DNA of 64,000 nucleotides from the NCBI GenBank assembly GCA_964626205.1, contig CAZVED010000003.1:70421-134420 (forward strand), read 5' to 3'. The first letter of the stretch is position 1; each line of letters begins with the position of its first letter. The notes beneath the pieces are model-generated. The model was not told the DNA's origin and did no database searches. It saw only the letters and a program-made list of their open reading frames with translations. Shown here in pieces: positions 1-9,641 of this stretch. The position numbers and the translations under genes are program-made. Source of the DNA: an uncultured Gammaproteobacteria bacterium (GTDB lineage: Bacteria; Patescibacteriota; Patescibacteriia; SG8-24).

Positions 1-564
1 ATCGGCTGCTCGTTGCTCGCCTGGGATTATTTCAACATCGACACCATCGAGACGCATCACGGACGCACCATCCCGACGATGTGCGGCCTGCAGCGCGCCA
101 ACCCGGCCGCGACAGCCATCGCGTACGTCGGCGATGGTGGTGGCTACGCCATCGGTGGCGGTCACCTTTTGAACGCTGCGATTCGCGACGAGAACATTCT
201 CATTATCGTGGTGAACAACGCGGTGTACGCCATGACCGGCGGACAGGAATCGCCGACTACGCTGCCGGGCATGAAGGTTTCCACGGCTCCATGCGGCGCG
301 GACGAGCATTATATGCGCGGGCCGGACCTCATCCGCAAGGTAAATCCGACGGCTTTCGTGGCGCGCGGTATCACATCGCGGCAATTGGAGCTGCGCGCAC
401 TCATCAAGGATGCGTTGGAGCACGTGCGTGCCAACAAGGGCATGGCGTTCTTGGAGGTGTTGTCGCCGTGCACGCTGAATTGGGGGACCATGGACCGCCC
501 GGACAAGACCTTCGAGTTCCTCGAGAAGACGATGGCGGAGAAGTATCCCATCAAGCGGTACTAG
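1..564 (+). CDS. porB: 2-oxoacid (pyruvate/2-oxoglutarate):ferredoxin oxidoreductase beta subunit, TPP-binding. 5' partial, frame continues from window start.
   Basis: Translation contains the TPP-binding GDGG motif in the context YVGDGGGYAIGGGHLLNAAIRDENILIIVVNNAVYAMTGGQ, typical of PorB/KorB family. Open from position 1, stop TAG at 562-564. Confidence 0.8.
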   Translation: MGCSLLAWDYFNIDTIETHHGRTIPTMCGLQRANPAATAIAYVGDGGGYAIGGGHLLNAAIRDENILIIVVNNAVYAMTGGQESPTTLPGMKVSTAPCGADEHYMRGPDLIRKVNPTAFVARGITSRQLELRALIKDALEHVRANKGMAFLEVLSPCTLNWGTMDRPDKTFEFLEKTMAEKYPIKRY

Positions 565-566
565 GT

Positions 567-1118
567 ATGAGCACCACACACATCATCGTTTGCGGGGAGG
601 GCGGGCAAGGCGCCTTGTCCATCGCGAAGATCATTGGGGAGGCCGCCTGGCTGCAAGGGATTCCAGCCGTCACGGTTCCGTATTTCAGCACCGAGAAACG
701 GGGAGGAACGTCTATGGCGTTCGTCACGGTCAGCGACAAGCCGATTCTCTACCCGAAGTTCCAGAAGGCCGAGTTGTGGGTCGTACTTTCGCAGCGCTCC
801 ATCGATCGCATCTACGACTACCTGCATGAGGATTCCATCGTCATCGTGAACAGCACGCTCGTGAAGGATGTCTCGCGTATCGCGCAGTGGAAGCCGATTG
901 GCGTCCCGGCGACGGAGATTGCCAAGGTGCAGCTCAAGAAGCCACGCACGTTCAATATGGTCATCATGGGTGCGATGCTCCGACATATCCCCGGCTTGGA
1001 CCGCCAGTCTTTCGACAAGGCGCTCGAGATGACGTTCGGCAAGAAATACGAGAAGGACGCGAGCCTGCGTGAACTGAACAAGCAAGCGTTCGACATCGGT
1101 CATGAACTCGCGCAGTAA
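567..1118 (+). CDS. porG: 2-oxoacid:ferredoxin oxidoreductase gamma subunit
   Basis: ATG at 567 lies 2 nt after the porB stop. MSTTHIIVCGEGGQGALSIAKIIGEAAWLQG... matches the POR/KOR gamma-subunit fold. The provided ORF 81..1118 is an out-of-frame upstream extension. Confidence 0.8.
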   Translation: MSTTHIIVCGEGGQGALSIAKIIGEAAWLQGIPAVTVPYFSTEKRGGTSMAFVTVSDKPILYPKFQKAELWVVLSQRSIDRIYDYLHEDSIVIVNSTLVKDVSRIAQWKPIGVPATEIAKVQLKKPRTFNMVIMGAMLRHIPGLDRQSFDKALEMTFGKKYEKDASLRELNKQAFDIGHELAQ

Positions 1119-1614
1119 ACCTATGGACGCAAACAAGAAACCCGCCCTTCGCGACATGACCCGCTTCAAGCCGAAGGCCGTCGAGACCTCCAAGATCCGC
1201 GCCACGCGCTTCACCGACCTCTGCAAGTCGTGCGGTTCGTGCATCATGAAGTGCCCGGTGAACGCCATCTCTTGGCACGAATCCGAGCTTGGCCAGTTGG
1301 GCGAGCCGGCCATCTTTATCGATCTCGACAAGTGCATCGGCTGCGAGACCTGCGAACGTGCGTGCCCGGACCATGCCATCGAGATCACCAACAAGCGCCT
1401 CGAATCCGCGCGGTTCACGACGGGCATTCTCGGCATGGTGGTGCGCTCCAACGCCTGGGTCATTGAACGCGCGGTGACGACGTTCCGCGCTGGCGAGGAG
1501 CGGCTCAAGCAAATTGGAAAGTCCGATGACAAGACGCTTATTTGTCGGCTCATGCGCTTCTTCCTTCGTTATACCAAAGAACCGATTCGCGACGTGGATT
1601 TCACTCGTGAGTAA
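1102..1614 (+). CDS. porD: 2-oxoacid:ferredoxin oxidoreductase delta subunit (2x[4Fe-4S] ferredoxin) with a ~70-aa C-terminal extension. Start may be 1102 or 1123.
   Basis: Two CxxCxxCxxxCP clusters (CKSCGSCIMKCP and CIGCETCERACP). Overlaps the gamma stop. Alternative start MDANKKP at 1123. Confidence 0.7.
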   Translation: MNSRSKPMDANKKPALRDMTRFKPKAVETSKIRATRFTDLCKSCGSCIMKCPVNAISWHESELGQLGEPAIFIDLDKCIGCETCERACPDHAIEITNKRLESARFTTGILGMVVRSNAWVIERAVTTFRAGEERLKQIGKSDDKTLICRLMRFFLRYTKEPIRDVDFTRE

Positions 1615-1617
1615 CCA

Positions 1618-2256
1618 TTGCTGACTATGCAATTCCCCAACGACGCCATGCTGCCAGTGGAAGTGTCTGCACGGCACATTCACCTTTCCCAGGAACACCA
1701 GGACATCCTTTTCGGCGTTGGCTACCAGATGACGATCAAGAAAGAACTTTCCCAGACAGGGCAGTGGGCCGCAGAAGAGCGTGTTACCGTGAAAGGTCCG
1801 AAGGGCGAGGTGAAGTGCACCGTGCTCGGTCCATGCCGGCCGAAGACGCAGGTTGAGTTCGCCTGGAGCGACGGTTTCGCGACGGGCATCACGGTGCCGG
1901 TGCGTGAATCTGGGCACCATGAAGGTACGCCGGGCTGCACGGTCGTAGGTCCGGCAGGAACGTTGGAACTGACGCAAGGCGTCATCAACCCGCAACGGCA
2001 TTTGCACATCGGCGACACGGAGGCTGCCACATGGGGGCTGCAGAAGAACGACGTCATCTCCATCCGAGTCGACGGCGGGCAATCTGTCACGTTCCATGAT
2101 GCCATTGTGCGCGTGCATCCGACCTTCCGCGCGAATATCCATCTCGATACCGACGAGGGCAACGCCTGTGCGTTGCCGATGAAAGGCATGAAAGCAAAGC
2201 TCGTGAAGGTCACGCGGAACGGCGAGGTCATTCATCAAGATAACGACGCAGTATGA
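1618..2256 (+). CDS. pduL: PduL-type phosphate acyltransferase (phosphotransacetylase/propanoyltransferase)
   Basis: Two PduL/EutD-type repeats with conserved motifs SARHIHLSQEHQDILFG and QRHLHIGDTEAA. ~212 aa as for PduL. Stop overlaps the ackA start (ATGA). Confidence 0.75.
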   Translation: MLTMQFPNDAMLPVEVSARHIHLSQEHQDILFGVGYQMTIKKELSQTGQWAAEERVTVKGPKGEVKCTVLGPCRPKTQVEFAWSDGFATGITVPVRESGHHEGTPGCTVVGPAGTLELTQGVINPQRHLHIGDTEAATWGLQKNDVISIRVDGGQSVTFHDAIVRVHPTFRANIHLDTDEGNACALPMKGMKAKLVKVTRNGEVIHQDNDAV

Positions 2257-3407
2257 TTCTCGTCATCAACTCTGGAAGCTCCAGCCTCAAATTTAAGCTC
2301 TACGCGAAGGATTTCCGCATCCTGCTTTCGGGCATCGTGGAACGCATCGGTCTCAAACAGCCGTTCCTTCGCTACGCGTTCGAGGGCGGCAATGAGCGCG
2401 ATGAATCGTTCACGTCGGTGCCGGACCATGTCGCAGCATTGCGACATGTCTTCGATGTCGTTGAGCAGGGTGGTTTCGACAAGGCCGATATCAGTGTCGT
2501 CGGTCATCGCGTAGTGCACGGCGGCGAGGAGTTCACGGAGCCGACCATCATCACTTCGAAGAATATCGCAAAACTGGAGGCGTACTCCAAGCTCGCGCCG
2601 TTGCACAATCCGTCGAACCTTGCGGGTATCCGTTCATGTATGAAGCTGTTGCCGCTTGCGAAGAACGTCGCGGTGTTCGATACGGCTTTCTACAAGACAA
2701 TCCCGGCTTACGCGTATCTCTACTCGCTGCCGTGGGACTATTACAAGAAGCACAAGATCCGGAAGTACGGCTTCCATGGCATCTCGCATCGGTACGTTTC
2801 TGAGCAGGCGGCGAAGCAGCTTAAGAAACCGCTCTCAACGTTGAGGCTCGTTACCTGCCATCTCGGCAGCGGCGCTTCGGTGACGGCTGTGCAGCACGGC
2901 AAGGCGATCGATACGAGTATGGGGTTCACGCCGCTCGAAGGGCTCACGATGTCCACGCGCTGCGGCGATATTGATGCCGCTATCCCGCTCTATCTCATTC
3001 GCGAGCTTGGCATGACAGCGGATGAAGTCGATGTTGAGCTCAATACTAAGTCCGGCCTCCTCGGCATCAGCGGCTACAAGGACTTGCGCGACGTCATGGC
3101 TGCCGCCGGCATCCGTATCCCGGGCTACCAGCTGAAGGGGAAGGTCTCGGCGGAAGCACGTAAGCGCGCCGGCCTTGCCATCGATATTTTCGCCTACGAC
3201 GTCGCGCGGTACATCGCGCAGTTCGCCGGGCTCATGGGTGGCGTGGATGCGGTCGTCTTCACGGCCGGCATCGGTGAGCGGAGCGAGTTCATCCGGAAAG
3301 CCGTCATGGCCATGGTTCCGCTGCCACCGAAGGTGAAGGTCCTCGTAGTACCGACCGACGAAGAGGGGATGATCGCGCGGGACACGGTATCCGTAACCAA
3401 GAAATGA
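2253..3407 (+). CDS. ackA: acetate kinase
   Basis: MILVINSGSSSLKFKLY N-terminal signature. 384 aa with acetate/propionate kinase family motifs throughout. Confidence 0.9.
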   Translation: MILVINSGSSSLKFKLYAKDFRILLSGIVERIGLKQPFLRYAFEGGNERDESFTSVPDHVAALRHVFDVVEQGGFDKADISVVGHRVVHGGEEFTEPTIITSKNIAKLEAYSKLAPLHNPSNLAGIRSCMKLLPLAKNVAVFDTAFYKTIPAYAYLYSLPWDYYKKHKIRKYGFHGISHRYVSEQAAKQLKKPLSTLRLVTCHLGSGASVTAVQHGKAIDTSMGFTPLEGLTMSTRCGDIDAAIPLYLIRELGMTADEVDVELNTKSGLLGISGYKDLRDVMAAAGIRIPGYQLKGKVSAEARKRAGLAIDIFAYDVARYIAQFAGLMGGVDAVVFTAGIGERSEFIRKAVMAMVPLPPKVKVLVVPTDEEGMIARDTVSVTKK

Positions 3408-3412
3408 ACGAC

Positions 3413-3443
3413 GAAGCCCGTTGACAGACGGGCTTTTTCGTGG
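3413..3443 (+). terminator. Rho-independent terminator after ackA
   Basis: aagcccgttgacagacgggcttttt: GC stem (GCCCGT/ACGGGC) followed by a T-run. Confidence 0.6.
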
Positions 3444-3477
3444 TTGGATAGCGCGGCTCAGAGAAGGAGGTTCCGTA

Positions 3478-3978
3478 ATGTTCAAACTCGAGACGGTGGC
3501 GACGAAGGCTAAGGACTTCATCCTTGCGGCGGTCCGCGCGATGTCGGATGACGAACGGCGGCAGCTCGCACTGAAGATCATCGACAAGGGCTACGGATGG
3601 GTCGTGGCGCACAACCTGACGCTGTTCAAGGGTCTCGGCTTGGGGGTCGCGAGCGCGCTCATCGCCGAACGCAAGAATCATGCCGGGCAGGTGCTCCGAG
3701 GTCTCGCCGCGTTCGGCCTCTCAGAGGACGAGAAGCGATGGCTCATGTACTACTGCGTCGAGCAGGGCCAGGCATGGGCGGTGCAGGAAGCGGTGCGTGA
3801 GCTCCCGCTCGACTCCGGCTTCGCGCGGCACCTCATCGCCAACGGTTGTGAGCGCTTCGTCGGTGAGCACCTCGCTCTGTTCAAGGGCTACACGGAGACC
3901 CAGTTCCACGAGGATCGGTTCGCGTGGCAAGCAAGCTTCGACTTGCGGCGCGCGCCGGGACATCGGTACAAGGCTTGA
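3478..3978 (+). CDS. hypothetical protein (all-alpha, no recognisable family)
   Basis: ATG preceded by AGGAGG (gagaaggaggttccgtaATG). ORF bounded by intrinsic terminators on both sides. Confidence 0.55.
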   Translation: MFKLETVATKAKDFILAAVRAMSDDERRQLALKIIDKGYGWVVAHNLTLFKGLGLGVASALIAERKNHAGQVLRGLAAFGLSEDEKRWLMYYCVEQGQAWAVQEAVRELPLDSGFARHLIANGCERFVGEHLALFKGYTETQFHEDRFAWQASFDLRRAPGHRYKA

Positions 3979-4010
3979 GTGGAGACCCTGCATCATGCAG
4001 GGTCTTTTTT
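3979..4010 (+). terminator. Rho-independent terminator
   Basis: gagaccctgcatcatgcagggtctttttt: perfect stem ACCCTGCAT/ATGCAGGGT plus T6. Confidence 0.65.
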
Positions 4011-4093
4011 CGTCCATTTTCCCTTGCCTCTTCCTCTTATTTGAGGTAGGCTCCATCCGTTCCGGTCGCTTCGACCGGCCTCTTCATATCCTC

Positions 4094-5734
4094 ATGCTCA
4101 AGCGGTTCTGGGACATGACGAAGACCTCCGTCGGCGGCGCGGCCGTGCTCTTGGGTATCGCATCCCTCATGAGTCGCCTTGCTGGCATTCTCCGCGACCG
4201 ACTCCTATCTTCGACGTTCGGCGCCGGTGCAGAGCTCGACGTGTACTATGCAGCGTTCCGCATCCCGGATCTTGTCTACGGCATGGTCATCGGCGGTATC
4301 GTCACGGCAGGATTCATCCCGGTCTTCACGCGGTATCTGGGAGAGCATGCGAATCCGGAGACGGGCGTGGGCGAAGGAGCCTCGCGTCTCGCTGACGCGC
4401 TGCTGTCGATTCTCGGCGTTGTGCTCGTCGTCGGCGCACTGATCGGTGTCGTCGCAGCACCATGGTTCGTGCCAATCATCACGCCAGGGTTCGACCCTGA
4501 ACAGATGGAGCTGGCAGTCGCTCTCACGCGCGTGATGCTTCTCAATCCGATTTTTCTCGGACTTTCCAACGTTTACGGTGGTATCTTGCAGACCAAACGT
4601 CGATTCCTCATCTTCGCGTTCGCGCCGGTGCTCTACAACCTTGGCGCCATACTCGGTACCGCATTCCTCGCCCCGTCCATCGGCGCTCTCGGATCCGTCA
4701 TCGGTGTTACCTCTGGTGCATTTCTCCACCTTGTCGCGCAGGTTCTCGAATGTCGCGCTGGCGGGTATCGATTCCGTTTCATCTGGGACCCGATGCATGA
4801 AGGTATCCGGCAGATCGCCCGTCTCTCCTTGCCACGTTTCGCAAGCCTCGGGGCCGCGCAGATGAATCACCTTGTCATCACGGGCATCGCCTCAACGCTC
4901 GGGGCGGGCAGCATCGCGGTCTTCACGCTTGCGACGAACCTCCAGCTGTTCCCGATCGGTATTGTCGGCGTCTCCTTTGCGGTCGCTGCGTTCCCGCTCA
5001 TTTCCGAGCTTGCTGCGAAAGGGAAGACAGCAGAGTTCGTTGCTGCAATCGCGCGAACGACAAAGCACATCCTGTTCCTCATTATCCCGGCCACGGTGCT
5101 CATGTTGCTCCTACGCGCGCAAATCGTGCGTATCGTGCTCGGTGCCGGTCGGTTCGGTTGGGCGGACACCATCGCGACGGCCGACGCGCTCGCATTCTTC
5201 TCGCTCTCCCTTTTCTCGCAGGCGCTCTGGCCGCTCATCGCACGCGCATGCTTCGCGGTAGAGGATGCGCTCGGACCATTGTACGCAGTACTTGCCGGTA
5301 TCGCCGTTGAGCGTACAGTTGCGTGGATGCTCGTAGTGAAAGGAATGGGAACACCCGGTCTCGCGCTCGCCTCATCCATTGGCAGCATCGTGACCATTGC
5401 CTGGCTCTGGTTCGCGCTGCGGAGTCGCGTTGGCTCGCTAGAGGAGTCATCCATCCTGAAGTCGGTTGCTATTACGACTGGTGCCGCGCTCGTCATGGCC
5501 GTTGTCGTACAGCTCACGAAGGGCGCCATTGGCGACGCACTCGGCACGACGACGTTCCTCCGCATTTTCGCGCAAGGCATCGGTGCTGGTCTTGCAGGGA
5601 CGCTCGCATTCTTTGCGACCGCGTATGCGCTGGGAAGCGGCGAAGTCCGCAGCATCATGGCCATGTATACACGACGTTTTGCGACCGTACCGACACCGGG
5701 TATCCGGCAGGAGGACGGCCATATCGCACCCTGA
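4094..5734 (+). CDS. murJ: lipid II flippase MurJ (MviN)
   Basis: MLKRFWDMTKTSVGGAAVLLGIASLMSRLAGILRDRLLSSTFGAGAELDVYYAAFRIPDL... is the canonical MurJ N-terminus. ~546 aa polytopic. The ORF-track start 3680 is an upstream in-frame artefact overlapping the previous gene. Confidence 0.85.
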   Translation: MLKRFWDMTKTSVGGAAVLLGIASLMSRLAGILRDRLLSSTFGAGAELDVYYAAFRIPDLVYGMVIGGIVTAGFIPVFTRYLGEHANPETGVGEGASRLADALLSILGVVLVVGALIGVVAAPWFVPIITPGFDPEQMELAVALTRVMLLNPIFLGLSNVYGGILQTKRRFLIFAFAPVLYNLGAILGTAFLAPSIGALGSVIGVTSGAFLHLVAQVLECRAGGYRFRFIWDPMHEGIRQIARLSLPRFASLGAAQMNHLVITGIASTLGAGSIAVFTLATNLQLFPIGIVGVSFAVAAFPLISELAAKGKTAEFVAAIARTTKHILFLIIPATVLMLLLRAQIVRIVLGAGRFGWADTIATADALAFFSLSLFSQALWPLIARACFAVEDALGPLYAVLAGIAVERTVAWMLVVKGMGTPGLALASSIGSIVTIAWLWFALRSRVGSLEESSILKSVAITTGAALVMAVVVQLTKGAIGDALGTTTFLRIFAQGIGAGLAGTLAFFATAYALGSGEVRSIMAMYTRRFATVPTPGIRQEDGHIAP

Positions 5735-5742
5735 CACCTCTA

Positions 5743-7559
5743 TGGAGCTCAAGAATATCCGTAATTTCTGCATCATCGCGCATATCGACCACGGCAAGTC
5801 CACACTGGCCGATCGTCTTTTGGAGCATACGGGAACGGTTACGAAGCGCGAAATGAAGGATCAGCTGCTCGATCAGATGGACTTGGAGCGCGAGCGTGGC
5901 ATCACCATCAAACTGACGCCGGTACGCATGCGGCACACGGCGAAGGACGGTGCGTCGTACATGCTGAATCTCATCGACACACCGGGGCACATCGACTTCA
6001 CCTACGAAGTGTCGCGCTCGCTTGCGGCCGTCGAAGGCGCCATCCTGCTTGTTGACGCCACGCAAGGCGTCCAGGCACAGACCATCGGCAACCTCTACCT
6101 CGCGATGGATCAGGACATCACCATCATTCCGGTGGTGAATAAGATCGACATGCCGGCTGCAGAGCCGGAGAAGGTCCGCGACGAGATTGTGCATCTCTTA
6201 GGCTGCGCGCCGGAGGATGTGCTGTACGTCTCTGGAAAGACCGGCCAAGGCGTCGATGCGCTGTTGGAAGCCGTCATTGCGCGCATTGCGCCGCCGGAAG
6301 GAAACCCTGAAGGTTCGCTTCGCGCACTCGTTTTCGATTCCATGTACGACACGTATAAAGGCGTCGTCGCGTACGTGCGTGTCATCGACGGGCATATCGA
6401 GAAGGGTAAAGACGTCCGGCTCGCCAGCGGCGGTGTCGAGTCCGAAACGCTCGACGTCGGATTTTTCTCGCCGAAGTACGTGGGGTCGCCGGATCTCAAA
6501 GCCGGCGAGATCGGCTACATCGTCACGGGGCTCAAGGACATCGAGTCCTGCCGTGTTGGCGACACCATCACCGTGCCGGATTTTCAGGCGCGCGGCGTCG
6601 TGCCACTCGATGGCTACAAGGAAATCACGCCGATGGTCTTCGCGGGTATCTACCCGCAGGAAGGCGACGAGTACGACAAGCTCCGCGAGGCGATGCTGAA
6701 GATGAAGCTGTCGGACGCGGCACTGACATTCGATCCGGAACATCAGGTCGCGCTCGGATTCGGATTCCGTTGCGGCCTTCTCGGATTGCTGCACCTTGAG
6801 ATTCTCCAAGAGCGCCTGCGCCGCGAGCATAACATCGAGGTCATCGTCACGGCGCCTTCTGTGGCGTATCAGGTCGAGAAGACCGACGGTTCGAAACTTA
6901 TCGTGAAGTCCGCGCTCAACTTGCCCGACCCCACGCATATCGAGGAAGTCACCGAACCGTGGGTGAAGCTCGACATCATCACGCCGAAGCAGCATATCGG
7001 CGCGGTCATGGCGTTCGTGCAGGACCGCCGTGGCGTGTACCAGACCACGGAGTATCTCACGGCAGACACCGAAGGGGCAGCGCGTGCCATTCTGCACTAC
7101 GAGATCGCTCTCGCACCTATCCTCGTGGACTTCTATGACAAGCTGAAGAGTGTCACGTCCGGCTACGCGTCGATGAATTACGAGATCATCGGGTATCGGC
7201 CGGCGAATGTCGTACGCATGGACATCCTTGTCGCCGACGACGCAGTGGACGCGCTTTCCTCCATCGTCTATCGTGAGGATGCAGAGCGTGAAGGTCGCAA
7301 GATCTGCAAGACGCTCATCGAGTCGCTTCCGCGGCAGCAGTTCGCGGTGAAGGTGCAAGCCATGGTCGGCGGTACCATCGTCGCTTCCGAGCGCCTCTCT
7401 GCGTTCCGTAAAGATGTCACCGGCGGCCTCTACGGCGGCGACTGGACACGTAAGATGAAGCTCCTCGAGAAACAGAAGAAGGGAAAGAAACGCATGGCGA
7501 AGACCGGTAAGGTCGAGATTCCGCCCGATGCGTTCATGGCCGTGCTCAAGAAAAAATAA
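5743..7559 (+). CDS. lepA: elongation factor 4 (LepA)
   Basis: MELKNIRNFCIIAHIDHGKSTLADRLLEHTG and DTPGHIDFTYEVSRSL GTPase motifs. 605 aa. The track start 5466 is an artefactual extension. Confidence 0.95.
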
Positions 7560-7572
7560 CCACTGTCTCGCT

Positions 7573-7722
7573 ATGCCGAAACTCTTCGGATCCTCCACTC
7601 GCTTCCGTCGTCGCCAGGTCCGCAAGGTCGTTTGGATTGTCATCTCCGGATTCGCGACACTCGCGCTCGTCGCGACGACCATTGCGCCGAATCTCGTCGT
7701 GATGGGCGGACCGCAGGCCTAA
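7573..7722 (+). CDS. putative small membrane protein (49 aa)
   Basis: MPKLFGSSTRFRRRQVRKVVWIVISGFATLALVATTIAPNLVVMGGPQA: basic N-terminus plus one TM helix. No clear SD. Followed by a terminator. Confidence 0.3.
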   Translation: MPKLFGSSTRFRRRQVRKVVWIVISGFATLALVATTIAPNLVVMGGPQA

Positions 7723-7727
7723 GCGAA

Positions 7728-7756
7728 AAAACAGCCGGGCAATGAGCCCGGTTTTC
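7728..7756 (+). terminator. Rho-independent terminator
   Basis: acagccgggcaatgagcccggtttt: stem CCGGGC/GCCCGG plus T-run. Confidence 0.55.
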
Positions 7757-7836
7757 GTTATCCCCATTCCGTATTTGCCCGAATCGCCGTACACTGGCAC
7801 CACTACCGTCTCGGTTTCCTATCACCCCGCCATCCC

Positions 7837-9621
7837 ATGCCTGACTCCACGAACGCCATCAAAGAAAAACCAGCCGTCATCGAGCGCGTCGAGACGCGTT
7901 GGGATGTTTTTCCGGAAGCGACTGCTGAACAACGCGCGGCGTTTCCTGAACTGCATCCGCTCGTCGTGCAGCTTTTGGTGAACCGTGGCATCACGGACCA
8001 AGATGCCGTCGATCGGTTCCTAACGCCGGATTTCGGCCAGGATATCCATGACCCGTTCTTGTTGCGCAACATGCGTGCGGCATGTGAGCGGTTGTGGGAG
8101 GCCATGGGGAACGGAGAAAAGATCGTCATCCATGGCGATTACGATGCCGACGGTGTCTGCGGCTCCGCGCTGCTCATGACGACGTTCCGCGAGGCGCTGC
8201 GGATGCGCGGACTCGATACCTCGACGTTGTCGTCCTATTTGCCGCACCGCGAGAACGAGGGGTACGGCATTCGCATCGCGACCGTGGAGAAGCTTGCCGC
8301 GCAGGGGGCGACGCTCATGATTACGGTCGATTGCGGCATCGGGTGCGCGGTGGAGATAGCGCGCGCCAAGGAGCTCGGCATGGATACTATCGTCGTTGAC
8401 CATCACCAGATTCCCGAGCGCATCCCCGAGGACTGCATCATCCTGCATCCGCTCGTGGCAGGGGAGACGTACCCGTATAAGTCGCTCGCTGCCGTCGGCG
8501 TAGCGTACAAGTTTGCCTGCGCGTTCATCACCGTCGCGGGGGAGAAGGGTGTGCGGTTCGAACCGGGGTACGAGAAGTGGCTGCTCGATCTTGTTTCTAT
8601 CGCAACGGTGACCGACGTCATGCCGCTCGTCGGTGAGAATCGCACGCTCGAGAAGTATGGCCTCCTGGTGCTGAACAAGACCAAGCGTCCGGGCCTCCGT
8701 GCCATGATCGAGGTCGCAGGCCTGCAGCTTGGCAAGCTCGACACCACGTCCGTCGGCTTCTCTCTCGGTCCGCGCATCAACGCGGCCGGGCGCATGGACC
8801 ACGCGCGCGCCGCGTTCGAGACGTTGGTCGCGGAAGATGAAGCGACGGCGAAAGAGCGTGCAGAGAACCTCAATCAGCTCAACCGCGACCGTCAGCAGCT
8901 CACTGAACGCGTCGTGCGCGAGGCGCGCGCTATGGTGAAGGAAGCTGGGCCACGCCGCGTGCAAGTCATCGCTGGCGACGGCTGGCCGGCGGGTATCGTC
9001 GGCCTCATCGCCGGACGTCTCGTGAACGATCTTGGTGTGCCGACGTTCGTCTTCGGCCGCGAAGGCGACCATATGGTCGGCTCCGGCAGGAGTGTGCCCG
9101 GATTTAATCTTGTCGCGGCCATGGATACGGCGGCGGAGCATCTTGTCCGGTACGGCGGTCATCCTCAGGCATGCGGCCTTACCATCAGCGGAAATGCGAA
9201 TCTCGAGGCATTTCGGGAGCGCGTGGAACAGTATGCCGACGAGCAGCTCAAGGATCGTGACCTGCGTCCGTTCGTTCGTGTTGATGCGGAACTGCGCACC
9301 AGCCAAATTACCTGGGAGCTCATAGAGAGCATCCTTTCGCTTGAACCGCACGGCGAGGGGAATGCGCGCCCGATATTCCTTTTGCGTGACGTCCTTGTGT
9401 CATCGGTCACGCCGGTCGGTAAGGATGGCAAGCATGTGCGCATTGGTGTTCGTGGCGATACGCCGAAGGAATGGAAGGTCATCGCGTTCGGCAAGGCCGA
9501 GAAGGCGCGTGAGTTCACGCCCGGTTGTCGGGCGGATGTCCTCGTTGAGCTCGGCGTCAACGAATGGAATGGTACGCGCGAGATCCAGTTGCGCGCGGTC
9601 GATTTCCGGTTCGCCACCTGA
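7837..9621 (+). CDS. recJ: single-stranded-DNA-specific exonuclease RecJ
   Basis: DHH motif region (IVIHGDYDADGVCGSALL), DHH-associated DHHA1 region, 594 aa. Confidence 0.9.
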   Translation: MPDSTNAIKEKPAVIERVETRWDVFPEATAEQRAAFPELHPLVVQLLVNRGITDQDAVDRFLTPDFGQDIHDPFLLRNMRAACERLWEAMGNGEKIVIHGDYDADGVCGSALLMTTFREALRMRGLDTSTLSSYLPHRENEGYGIRIATVEKLAAQGATLMITVDCGIGCAVEIARAKELGMDTIVVDHHQIPERIPEDCIILHPLVAGETYPYKSLAAVGVAYKFACAFITVAGEKGVRFEPGYEKWLLDLVSIATVTDVMPLVGENRTLEKYGLLVLNKTKRPGLRAMIEVAGLQLGKLDTTSVGFSLGPRINAAGRMDHARAAFETLVAEDEATAKERAENLNQLNRDRQQLTERVVREARAMVKEAGPRRVQVIAGDGWPAGIVGLIAGRLVNDLGVPTFVFGREGDHMVGSGRSVPGFNLVAAMDTAAEHLVRYGGHPQACGLTISGNANLEAFRERVEQYADEQLKDRDLRPFVRVDAELRTSQITWELIESILSLEPHGEGNARPIFLLRDVLVSSVTPVGKDGKHVRIGVRGDTPKEWKVIAFGKAEKAREFTPGCRADVLVELGVNEWNGTREIQLRAVDFRFAT

Positions 9622-9641
9622 CGCGGTATAGTTCGGAAATT

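Noticed and set aside
81-1118. 345-aa + ORF spanning porB and porG
   Set aside because: Its first 160 codons are the +3 frame inside porB (Arg-rich nonsense). The genuine gamma-subunit starts at the ATG at 567.
561-2238. Long minus-strand ORFs (561..1553, 964..2238) antisense to the por/pduL genes
   Set aside because: They fully overlap well-supported + strand genes with recognisable motifs. High GC suppresses stop codons in the antisense frame. No recognisable protein features.
3680-5742. N-terminal extensions of murJ (track start 3680) and lepA (track start 5466)
   Set aside because: Extensions overlap upstream genes and encode Ser/Arg-rich low-complexity sequence. Conserved N-termini begin at 4094 and 5743.
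6198-9351. Minus-strand ORFs of 494 aa and 443 aa antisense to lepA and recJ
   Set aside because: Shadow ORFs opposite highly conserved genes. Translations are Arg/Asp-rich, low-complexity, with no motifs.
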